From Alphaproteobacteria bacterium (GTDB taxonomy: Bacteria > Pseudomonadota > Alphaproteobacteria > UBA8366 > JADFVY01), in the NCBI GenBank assembly GCA_041584475.1, contig JBFHDX010000004.1, positions 8,576 to 72,575 of the forward strand: a stretch of DNA of 64,000 bases, read 5' to 3'. A model generated the notes under the pieces. The model saw nothing but the letters and a program-made list of their open reading frames with translations. It was not told where the DNA came from and made no database searches. Positions 20,065 through 28,285 of this stretch are shown here, piece by piece. Position 1 is the first letter of the stretch. Each line of letters opens with the position of its first letter. The position numbers were made by a program, and so were the translations under genes.

Positions 20065-20657
20065 CGCTTCGTCGCCGACAGGGGGATGTTGAGCTCGACG
20101 ACCGCCGGCGTGCCGTCGCCGGCGATCGCGAACACATGGGCACAGGCCTCGCGGAGCTTGGCCGGCGGTTTGCCGGTCATGTCCCAACCGACCGCGAGGG
20201 CGTAAATGGCGCGGATCACGCCTCTGTGCGTCACCGCCAGCGTCGGTCTGCCCGCGGCCGCGACCTCGGCAAGGAATGGCCTGACGCGAGACTGCACGTC
20301 GCGCGGGCTCTCCCCGCCCGGCGCGCGAAAATCCAGGCCCCTCGCCTCCCACGCCGCCATGAGGTCGCCCAGCTGCGAGCGCAGCGCCTCGAGCGTCCTG
20401 CCTTCCCAGTCTGCCCAATCCATCTCGACGAGCCGGTCGTCGCCGCAAACCGGGCCACCGCGCAGAATCTCGGCGGTCTCCCGGGTTCGTGTCAGCGGGC
20501 TGCAGACCCACGCGAACCCGCGCAGCCGAGGCGGAACGATCCAGCGCTCGACCTCCCGGCGTCCCGCCACACTCAGCGAGACATCCGTGCGACCCTGAAC
20601 GCGTCCGACCGCATTCCACTCGGTCGGGCCGTGCCGGATTACGGCCAGTTCGGTCAA
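20061..20657 (-). CDS. histidine phosphatase (phosphoglycerate-mutase-like) family protein
   Basis: LAVIRHGPTEWN (RHG motif), SPLTRTRETA and AVTHRGVIRA. The TTG start is in TTGA overlap with the upstream stop. Confidence 0.8.
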   Translation of the reverse strand: MTELAVIRHGPTEWNAVGRVQGRTDVSLSVAGRREVERWIVPPRLRGFAWVCSPLTRTRETAEILRGGPVCGDDRLVEMDWADWEGRTLEALRSQLGDLMAAWEARGLDFRAPGGESPRDVQSRVRPFLAEVAAAGRPTLAVTHRGVIRAIYALAVGWDMTGKPPAKLREACAHVFAIAGDGTPAVVELNIPLSATKR

Positions 20658-21802
20658 CGCACGCTCCCCGGCACGGCCGGACGCGCCGCTTCGCGTATGA
20701 TCGCGTCCAGCCGCCGTGCCGCCGAGGGCAGGTCGTGCTCGCTTTCGACCCGTCGGACCGCGGCGTCGGACATCGCTTTGCGGAGGCGCGGGTCGGCCAG
20801 CAATCCCGCGATCGCAGCCGAAAACGCGCCGGCCTCGGCGGACCGGACGATGTAGGCGGTGTCACCGCCTGCGACAAGCTCGCGAACGCCGGGACGATCC
20901 CCGACGACGAGCGGCAGGCCCGCCGCCTGCGCTTCGAGCAGCGCCATTCCGTAGGCCTCGTTCACGGCGGGCCAGACACCGAGATCCGCCGCCGCGTGCA
21001 GCGCGTCGACGTCGTCCTGCTCCAGGATCCCCAGGAACCGCACCCGTTCGTCGAAGTCCAGCGCCGCCGTCACCTCGCGCCGTGCGTCTCCGCCCCCGGC
21101 GACGAGCAGTACCCATGCGCGATCGGCAAGACCGTGCAGCGCCCGCGCAAGCAGGCGATAGGAGGCGAGCTTGTCGCCGGGGCGCATCATCGCGGTCACG
21201 GCGATCCAGGGTACCGCGGGATCGATCGAGAGGCGCCGCGCGAGCCGCCGGCGGTGGCGTGCCCGCTCGGCGCGGGCGCGTCGCGGCGGACCCGCATCGA
21301 GAAACGGCCGCATCATCGTCAGGCGGCTGTCGTCCGCGAGTAACGGCCGGATGCACGCCGCGTCGTCGGGATTGAGGCAGATCACCTGGTCCGCACGCCG
21401 CAAGGCGCGCGCTACCGCCTCGTGTCCCGACGCCCAGTTTCCGCCGGCCCGTTTGGGTGCATAGCTCGCCTCGGCGACGAGGTAGGGTACGCCCAGGCGA
21501 TCGGCGACGACCGGCCCGAGCCAGTCCGGCGCGCGGTGATAGAGGTGGTAGGTGAACCACAGATCGGGCGGCACCCGTTTCGCCTGCCGCAGGTAACGTT
21601 CGGCGAGGCGTCCCGCCAGCGCCTGCAGGCGGTGCTGGCGATGCCGGTCGCCGGCGATGTCGAGGCTTCGAAACGTCGACGCCAGCTCCACGTCATGACC
21701 GGCCAGTCGCAGGGCGTCGACGAACAGGCGCGCCATGCGGCGGTCGCCGGACGGCACTGGGTGGTAAGGCGATTTCAGGGGCGCGTAGTACGCTACTCGC
21801 AT
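20654..21802 (-). CDS. glycosyltransferase family 4
   Basis: Starts at an internal ATG (21802-21800). Sequence reads MRVAYYAPLKSPYHPVPSGDRRMARLF..VWPAVNEAYGMALLEAQAAGLPLVVGDRPGVRELV. 10-nt overlap with the upstream GT4 gene. Confidence 0.75.
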   Translation of the reverse strand: MRVAYYAPLKSPYHPVPSGDRRMARLFVDALRLAGHDVELASTFRSLDIAGDRHRQHRLQALAGRLAERYLRQAKRVPPDLWFTYHLYHRAPDWLGPVVADRLGVPYLVAEASYAPKRAGGNWASGHEAVARALRRADQVICLNPDDAACIRPLLADDSRLTMMRPFLDAGPPRRARAERARHRRRLARRLSIDPAVPWIAVTAMMRPGDKLASYRLLARALHGLADRAWVLLVAGGGDARREVTAALDFDERVRFLGILEQDDVDALHAAADLGVWPAVNEAYGMALLEAQAAGLPLVVGDRPGVRELVAGGDTAYIVRSAEAGAFSAAIAGLLADPRLRKAMSDAAVRRVESEHDLPSAARRLDAIIREAARPAVPGSVR

Positions 21803-23046
21803 GCCGCGATCCGGCCTGCCTCCGACGCCACGCCAAAGCGGGCGGCGATCCCCTCGACGTTGACCGCCAGCGAGAACCGTTCGCGTACGCGCGCGGCCCC
21901 CGCGCCTCCGAGGCGTTGCCGCAAGGCCGGATCGAGGATCAGCCGGGTCAGCGCGCGAGCCAGCGACCCCGGGTCGCCGGGCTCGCACAGCATGCCGGTC
22001 CGCCGGTCGGTAATCAGTTCGGGGACCGCCGACACCGAGGTCGCGACGACGGCGACCCCCTGGCTCTGCGCCTCCATCAGGACGTTCGGCAGGCCGTCGC
22101 GGTCTCCATCCGGCGCGATCTTGCTGGCGAGCGCAAAGATGTCGGCGCGACGCAGCTCGCCGAGGACGGTCTCCTGCGATTGAGGGCCGAGCCACGTCAC
22201 CCTCTCGGCGATGCCCAGCCGCGCTGCAAGCTGCTGCAGCTCGCGCATCCGGATGCCGCCACCGATATGTCGGAACCGCCAAGCCAGGCCAGGGGCAAGG
22301 CTCGCAAGCGCGCGCAAGAGATCGGGATATCCCTTCTTGTCGACCGCACGACCGACCGAGAGGATGACCACCGGGTCCGCCGGGTCGCCGCCGTCGCGCG
22401 GCGGACGATCGCTGCCGGGCGGCGGAAAGCGGTCGAGATCGACACCGTGGTAGACCAGACCGACCGTTTCGGGTGCCGGCGCGAGGCCGCGCAGCCGCTC
22501 GAGTCCCGCGGCCGTACAGGTCACCGCCCACGCGACGTCCGCGAGCTTGTCCCTGATCTCCCAGTCCGGCGACGTCCAGATGTCTTTCGCATGTGCCGCG
22601 ACACTCCACGGCAGGTCGCGCATCAACGCTGCGTAACGTGCCACCGAGGCGGGCGTGTGGATGAAATGCGCGTGCAGATGGCGGACATCATCCTCCAGTT
22701 CCAGCGCGAGCACGCAAGCCTGCCCGAACCGTCGGACGCGATTGCGCGTCGGGTCCCGTCGCAGGTCGCGAAGCCATGCGGATCGCGCCGCGGCGAAGCC
22801 GGGCCGCCGCCGGGCCGCCGCCACGGCGCCAAGGACGCGCAGCGGCTCCCGATGCAGGTACTCCGGCAGGTATCGGACAGGGGCGCCGATCTCCCGATGC
22901 ACGCGGTGCGTCCGGGCGTCGGTCGGTCGGCGCAGCGAGATCAGCCGAAGCTCGAGGCCGCGACGTTCGAGCTCGAGGATTTCCTGTGCGATGAAGCTCT
23001 CTGACAGGCGCGGGTACCCCTTGAGGATGACGGCAACCGCCGACAC
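21793..23046 (-). CDS. glycosyltransferase family 4 (WcaL-like)
   Basis: 417 aa reading MSAVAVILKGYPRLSESFIAQEILELERRG..DGLPNVLMEAQSQGVAVVATSVSAVPELI. Confidence 0.8.
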   Translation of the reverse strand: MSAVAVILKGYPRLSESFIAQEILELERRGLELRLISLRRPTDARTHRVHREIGAPVRYLPEYLHREPLRVLGAVAAARRRPGFAAARSAWLRDLRRDPTRNRVRRFGQACVLALELEDDVRHLHAHFIHTPASVARYAALMRDLPWSVAAHAKDIWTSPDWEIRDKLADVAWAVTCTAAGLERLRGLAPAPETVGLVYHGVDLDRFPPPGSDRPPRDGGDPADPVVILSVGRAVDKKGYPDLLRALASLAPGLAWRFRHIGGGIRMRELQQLAARLGIAERVTWLGPQSQETVLGELRRADIFALASKIAPDGDRDGLPNVLMEAQSQGVAVVATSVSAVPELITDRRTGMLCEPGDPGSLARALTRLILDPALRQRLGGAGAARVRERFSLAVNVEGIAARFGVASEAGRIAACE

Positions 23047-23049
23047 CGC

Positions 23050-24294
23050 CTACTGCTCCGCGCCGGCGACCGCCAGTCGCTGTTCGGTCCGTGCCGCGTC
23101 GGGCCGGCGCGCGCGCTCCTGCAGGAGCCAGTCCGCCAGCCGATTCACCGTATCGAGCCCGTCCAGCATGCCGCGCGGCATGGCGTGCGACGGCCGCGAT
23201 TGGCTGGCAATTCCGCGCAAGGCGTCGATCATTTCCGCGGGTCGACGCACGCCGTCGTTCGCGAGCATGCGCACGAGGCCGAGATCCTGGGCGCGGCTGG
23301 CGCGGATGTACTGCTCCATGCGCGGAACCGTTCGCGGCACGATGAGCGCCGGCTTGTCGAACGAGAGGATCTCGCAGAACGTATTGTAACCGCCCATCGC
23401 GACGACTCCGACGGCCCTGTCGAGCAGGCTCTCCATATGGGCGTCGAACGTGATCGCCTCGACGTCGGGGAGGCGGTCGCAGCGGGCGAGGAACTCCGCC
23501 TGATCATCCGATGCCATGAACGGCCCGAGGACGATGAGGGCGGGAAAGGGAAGGTCGGTCGCCGACTCGTAGGCCCGCAGGACCCAATCCACCATCTCCT
23601 GGCCGTCGCCGCCACCACCGGGTGTGACCAGGACGTAAGGTGGCGCGATCTTGGACAGCGGCGAATGGGCCGTCGATCCGCTCGGAAGATCGCGGCGCAG
23701 ATAACCCGTGAAGCGGATCTTCTCCCGAATCGATCGCGGAATGCCTATGCCCGCGAGCGGATCGCAGATATCCGGCATGCCGTAGACCCAGATTTCGTCG
23801 TAGTAATCGCGCAGGGCCGGTGCCGCCTGCTTGCGGTTCCATTCCGAACGCAGGGTCACCGGATCATCGAGGATATCGCGGAGGCCGAGCACGAGGGGGA
23901 TTCCCCTGCGTTTCAACAGCTTGAGCGTCTCCGAGACCTCGCCCCGCAGCCCCAGCGGTTCCTTGTCGACGATAAACAGGTCGGGGTCGAACGCCGCCGC
24001 GGTGTGCTGCACGATCGACGCCCGTATCGCCAGGGTCTCCTCGATGTCGATATGGAGGGAAAGCGGCGTGTAGTCGCCGTTGCGCAACTTGATGACCCCC
24101 GGCACACGCACGAAGTCGACGCGTGCACGGAAATCGAAATTTCCGATTATCGGTGAACCCGAAAGGATGAGAACCGAGAGATTCCGTCCATTGCCGACGA
24201 GCGAATGCGCGATCGCCCGACAGCGCCGCAAATGTCCCAAGCCGAACGTGTCATGGCTATAGATCAGGACACGGGCATCCCCGTCTCTGCCCAT
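23050..24294 (-). CDS. glycosyltransferase (GT28/MurG C-terminal-domain type)
   Basis: 414 aa reading ..RVLIYSHDTFGLGHLRRCRAIAHSL..VAMGGYNTFCEILSFDKPALIVPR... First gene of the minus-strand string. Confidence 0.75.
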   Translation of the reverse strand: MGRDGDARVLIYSHDTFGLGHLRRCRAIAHSLVGNGRNLSVLILSGSPIIGNFDFRARVDFVRVPGVIKLRNGDYTPLSLHIDIEETLAIRASIVQHTAAAFDPDLFIVDKEPLGLRGEVSETLKLLKRRGIPLVLGLRDILDDPVTLRSEWNRKQAAPALRDYYDEIWVYGMPDICDPLAGIGIPRSIREKIRFTGYLRRDLPSGSTAHSPLSKIAPPYVLVTPGGGGDGQEMVDWVLRAYESATDLPFPALIVLGPFMASDDQAEFLARCDRLPDVEAITFDAHMESLLDRAVGVVAMGGYNTFCEILSFDKPALIVPRTVPRMEQYIRASRAQDLGLVRMLANDGVRRPAEMIDALRGIASQSRPSHAMPRGMLDGLDTVNRLADWLLQERARRPDAARTEQRLAVAGAEQ

Positions 24295-24488
24295 GGCAAC
24301 ATTGCTCCCTGCCGTGCCGACCCGGTAGCTTCGCCTTCTCGTAACGGCGACCGACTATGGCACGGCCAGCGTTCGCCCGGAAGCACCCTTGTTCAATTTT
24401 TCGCCAAGTAAGCTTTTTGACGGCCCCGGAAGCTGGGATAAGCTCGGCGCAACGGGCGGCGTAGCGGAGAGCGGGATCTCGGCGACGG

Positions 24489-27197
24489 ATGGACTCCACC
24501 ATCTTCAGATACATACTGCGCTACAGCAAGGCGCAGCAGCTCTGGCTGCTGGCGGTCATCGTCGTCTCGTACCCGTTCCTCTACCTGTCGCTGGATATGC
24601 CGAAGCTGATCGTCAACCGCGCCATCGGCGACCAATCTGGGCCCCCTTACGACATCCCTCTGTTCGGCGTGCCGGTTTTCTCCGTCACGGCGAGTCAGAT
24701 CGAATTCCTGATCACGCTGAGCCTGATCTACCTGCTGCTGGTCCTGATCAACGGCGTGCTGAAATATTACATCAACGTCTACAAGGGCCGACTCGGCGAG
24801 CGCTTGCTGCGGCGACTGCGATACCAACTCTACGAGCGCATCCTGCGCTTCCCGATTCCGCATTTCCGCAAGGTTAGCCAGGGCGAGATCATTCCGATGA
24901 TCACGGCGGAGGTCGAGCCGCTTGGCGGCTTCATCGGCACGGCCTACGCCGATCCGTTGTTCCAGGGCGGGCAGCTGCTGATCATCCTTGCCTTCATCAT
25001 GGTCCAGGACCCCATCCTCGGGGCCGCCGCCATCGCGCTCTATCCGCTGCAGATCTATATCGTGCCGAAACTGCAGCGGAAGGTGAACGAGCTCGGCAAG
25101 GAGCGCGTCCGCACCGTCCGACTGCTGTCCGACCACATCGGCGAATCCGTGTCCGGGATTTCGGAGCTGCACGCGCACGACACGATCCGGCTCGAACTGT
25201 CGCGCTTCGCCCGCCGACTCGGCGAGATCTACTGGATCCGTTACGACATCTATCGCCGCAAATTCTTCATCAAGTTTCTCAATAATTTCATCGACAAGCT
25301 TACACCGTTTTTCTTTTTCTCCATCGGCGGCTGGCTCGTCATCGAAGGTGGACTGAGTTTCGGGGCGCTCGTCGCTGTGCTGGCAGCATACAAGGACCTC
25401 GCTGCCCCGTGGAAAGAGATGCTGACGTGGTACCAGCAGAAGGAAGACGCGCGCATCAAGTACGAGCAGGTCGTCGAACAGTTCGATCCGCCCGGACTGC
25501 TCGATCAGCGCCGCCTCCTCGCCGAGCATGACGATGCGGCCGAGCTCAAGCTCGACGGCGAGATCGCGGTCAAGAACGTCAGTCTGATCGACGAGGACGG
25601 GCGCCGGCAACTCGACGGCGTGACGACGACGATCGCCCCGGGAAGCCACATTGCCGTCGTCGGCGACGGCGACAGCGGCAAGGGCGACCTCCTCACCGTG
25701 ATGGCCGGGCTGGTGGAGCCGACGGGGGGATCGATCTCGGTCGGCGAGTGGGACATCAAGACGGCACCGCGGGCGATTACCGGGCGCCTCATGGCCTATG
25801 TCGGGCCGAGCGCCTACATCCATGCGGGCACGCTCGCTGCCGCGCTGGTCTACGGGTTGAAACACCGGCCCGTTGCGGAACGGCAATACGAGGGCGCAGA
25901 GCTCAAATTCCGCCAGGCGGAAGTGGCGGAAGCGGCGGACGCTGGCAACATCACGCTCGATTACGGCGCGGACTGGGTCGACTACGAGGCGGCGCAGGTG
26001 TCGGGACCGGACGAGCTCCAGCAGGCGATGCTCGAGGTGCTCCACGCGGTCGATCTCGCCGACGACACGTATGGCTGGGGACTCCGCGGCAGGTTCGATC
26101 CCGACGACGACCCCGCATCGGCGGAGAAGATCCTTGAAGCGCGATCGGCGGTCCGCGAGCGCCTGTCCGATCAATCGGTTTCCCGCCTCGTCGACCCGTT
26201 CGATGCGGCGAGCTACAACATGAACGCGACCGTTGCCGAGAACGTTCTCTTCGGCGTACCGCTGGGCGACGTCTTCGCGGAAGATCGAATCGCCGAGCAT
26301 CCGTACATGAAACGGACGCTCGAGCGTGTCGGGCTGACCGGTGACTTCCTGAAGATCGGCGAGCGCGTCGCGGAGACGATGGTCGAACTGTTCGCCGGTC
26401 TTCCCCCCGGGCACGAGTTCTTCGACCGGTTCAGCTTCATCTCGGCGGAAGACCTGCCCGAATTCCAGACGATCCTGGGCCGCGCCGCACGAGGCCTGGA
26501 CGCGCTCAGCGCGGGCGATCGCAGCAAGCTGATAGCGCTCCCGTTCAAGCTGATCCCGGCACGACACCGACTCGATCTGATCGATGAGAAGTTGCGCGAG
26601 AGGCTGCTCGAGGCACGACGCGCCTTCGCCGCGGACCTGCCCGCCGAGCTCGCGGACCAGATCGCCTTTTTCGATCTGGAAGCCTACAATCGGGCAGCGA
26701 CGATCCAGGACAATATCCTGTTCGGCAAGATCGATTTCGGCCAGCCCAACGCCGAGCAGCGGGTCGGAGCCCTGCTTGCAGACGTGCTGGACGGGCTGGG
26801 CATGCGGAACGTCGTCATGCGGATCGGCCTTAACTCGGAGACCGGATCCGGGGGCTCGCGGCTCTCGCCGACGCAGCGCCAGAAACTGGCCCTCGGCCGT
26901 TGCCTGCTGAAGAAACCGGCGGTTCTGCTGATCAACGAAGCGGCCGCGGGCTTCGAGTCGCGCCTGCAGAACAAGATCGTCGGGAACGTGTTGCAGGCCA
27001 GCCGCGGCCGCACCGTGATCTGGTCGCTGAGCAACGTTGCCCTGGCGAACCGGTTCGATAGGGTGCTGGTGATGGATCGCGGCCGCATCGTATCCGAGGG
27101 CGCTCCCGACGAGCTGCTGGCCAAGCGGGACGCACCGTTCGGCCGGCTTCTCGGTACCGAAGACGAAGAGGTCGAAGCGACGAGGACAGGGCAATGA
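24489..27197 (+). CDS. ABC exporter-type TMD-NBD protein with degenerate, expanded NBD
   Basis: 902 aa. The ABC-exporter membrane domain (res 1-~330) is followed by an NBD with GDGDSGKGD (nt 25662-25685), LSPTQ (nt 26862-26876) and VLLINE (nt 26922-26939). About 400 residues separate Walker A from the signature, against ~100 in canonical NBDs. Confidence 0.8.
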   Translation: MDSTIFRYILRYSKAQQLWLLAVIVVSYPFLYLSLDMPKLIVNRAIGDQSGPPYDIPLFGVPVFSVTASQIEFLITLSLIYLLLVLINGVLKYYINVYKGRLGERLLRRLRYQLYERILRFPIPHFRKVSQGEIIPMITAEVEPLGGFIGTAYADPLFQGGQLLIILAFIMVQDPILGAAAIALYPLQIYIVPKLQRKVNELGKERVRTVRLLSDHIGESVSGISELHAHDTIRLELSRFARRLGEIYWIRYDIYRRKFFIKFLNNFIDKLTPFFFFSIGGWLVIEGGLSFGALVAVLAAYKDLAAPWKEMLTWYQQKEDARIKYEQVVEQFDPPGLLDQRRLLAEHDDAAELKLDGEIAVKNVSLIDEDGRRQLDGVTTTIAPGSHIAVVGDGDSGKGDLLTVMAGLVEPTGGSISVGEWDIKTAPRAITGRLMAYVGPSAYIHAGTLAAALVYGLKHRPVAERQYEGAELKFRQAEVAEAADAGNITLDYGADWVDYEAAQVSGPDELQQAMLEVLHAVDLADDTYGWGLRGRFDPDDDPASAEKILEARSAVRERLSDQSVSRLVDPFDAASYNMNATVAENVLFGVPLGDVFAEDRIAEHPYMKRTLERVGLTGDFLKIGERVAETMVELFAGLPPGHEFFDRFSFISAEDLPEFQTILGRAARGLDALSAGDRSKLIALPFKLIPARHRLDLIDEKLRERLLEARRAFAADLPAELADQIAFFDLEAYNRAATIQDNILFGKIDFGQPNAEQRVGALLADVLDGLGMRNVVMRIGLNSETGSGGSRLSPTQRQKLALGRCLLKKPAVLLINEAAAGFESRLQNKIVGNVLQASRGRTVIWSLSNVALANRFDRVLVMDRGRIVSEGAPDELLAKRDAPFGRLLGTEDEEVEATRTGQ

Positions 27198-27664
27198 GCC
27201 TGCAACAGGAAGTCGACATTCTGCGCAAGATTCCGATGTTCGCGAACATCGACCAGGCGAAGCTGAAGCTGCTGGCGTTCACGAGCGAACGCCTCTCATA
27301 CGCGGCAGGGGACGTTCTGTTCCGTCAGGGGGACGTCGGGGATGCCGCATTCCTGATCATCCGCGGCCAGGCCGAGGTCAGCATCGATACGAAGACGGGC
27401 CCGCTGACCGTCGCGACGCTGCAGGACCATGATTTCGTCGGCGAAATCGCGATCATTTGCGATATCCCCAGGACCGCCACCGTCATCGCCAAGAGCGACC
27501 TGGAGGCACTGCGGATCGATAAGGAGCTCTTCTTCCGTCTGATCGGCGAGTTCCCCGAGATCGCCAAGGAAGTGATGCGGGAGCTGGCGCGGCGCCTAGA
27601 GCTGACGAATGCGCGCCTGCGGGAAATCGCGACGCGCGTGAACGACGGCAAGAAGCCCGGATGA
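27194..27664 (+). CDS. stand-alone cyclic-nucleotide-binding domain protein
   Basis: 156 aa reading ..LRKIPMFANIDQAKL..GDVLFRQGDVGDAAFLII.G..FVGEIAIICDIPRTATVIA.. with an intact phosphate-binding cassette. ATGA overlap with the ABC gene stop (27194-27197). Confidence 0.85.
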   Translation: MSLQQEVDILRKIPMFANIDQAKLKLLAFTSERLSYAAGDVLFRQGDVGDAAFLIIRGQAEVSIDTKTGPLTVATLQDHDFVGEIAIICDIPRTATVIAKSDLEALRIDKELFFRLIGEFPEIAKEVMRELARRLELTNARLREIATRVNDGKKPG

Positions 27665-27698
27665 CGGCCCGTTCACTGCCCGGCGACAGACGCCGCGC

Positions 27699-28223
27699 TT
27701 GCGGAGCGCGCCCGTGAGTCGGCTCGACAGCGTCATCCGCCGCCTGCAAGCGCAGCGGATCTGCCTCGACTGGGCGACCCAGGCGGTGGCCGGACGGCCT
27801 GGCGCGATCCTCGAGCTCGGCCTCGGCAACGGCCGCACCTACGATCATCTGCGGCAGCGCTGTCCGGAGCGCGAGATCTACGCCTTCGAGCGGCAGTTGA
27901 GCGCCCACCCGGATTGCGTCCCGGATGACGACCACCTGTTTCTCGGGGATCTCGTCGATACGTTGCCGGCGGCCGCGCGCAAGCTCGGTCGCTGCGCCAT
28001 CCTCGTGCACTGCGACATCGGTACGGGCGACGCCGCACGCAACGCCCGCGTCGCCTCGCGGATCGGTCCCCTTATCGGGAACCTCGTTCGCCCCGATGGC
28101 ATCGTGCTGAGCGACCAGCGACTGCCCGTCGCCACGGCATGGCAGGAGCTCGCCCTCCCGGACGGTGTGGCCGCGGGACGGTATTTCCTCTATCGCGTCC
28201 GCGCTCGAGGCGGCGCGGAATGA
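27699..28223 (+). CDS. small SAM-methyltransferase-like protein, paralogue 1
   Basis: ..ILELGLGNGRTYDHLRQRCPEREIYAFERQL..HLFLGDLVDTL..AILVHCDIGTG... The start is TTG at 27699 or GTG at 27714. Confidence 0.55.
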   Translation: MRSAPVSRLDSVIRRLQAQRICLDWATQAVAGRPGAILELGLGNGRTYDHLRQRCPEREIYAFERQLSAHPDCVPDDDHLFLGDLVDTLPAAARKLGRCAILVHCDIGTGDAARNARVASRIGPLIGNLVRPDGIVLSDQRLPVATAWQELALPDGVAAGRYFLYRVRARGGAE

Positions 28224-28285
28224 TGCGATCATGCGCTCGTCGCTCGGATTCCACCCTGCGGTCCGTTCGCGGTAGGCTGTGGCCG

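Noticed and set aside
20065-20877. Long N-terminal extensions of track ORFs (for example 18919..20877, 20654..22609, 17539..18771, 13752..15923, 39800..40861, 55095..56171, 57685..59091)
   Set aside because: The extensions overlap the upstream gene in another frame and are Arg/Pro/Gly-rich. Internal ATG or GTG starts give family-typical N-termini and tidy 1-10-nt stop/start overlaps.
24393-27194. 933-aa ORF antisense to the ABC exporter-type gene
   Set aside because: It is a shadow ORF. The plus strand gives coherent TM helices and NBD-like motifs, while the minus-strand product is low-complexity and Arg/Asp-rich.
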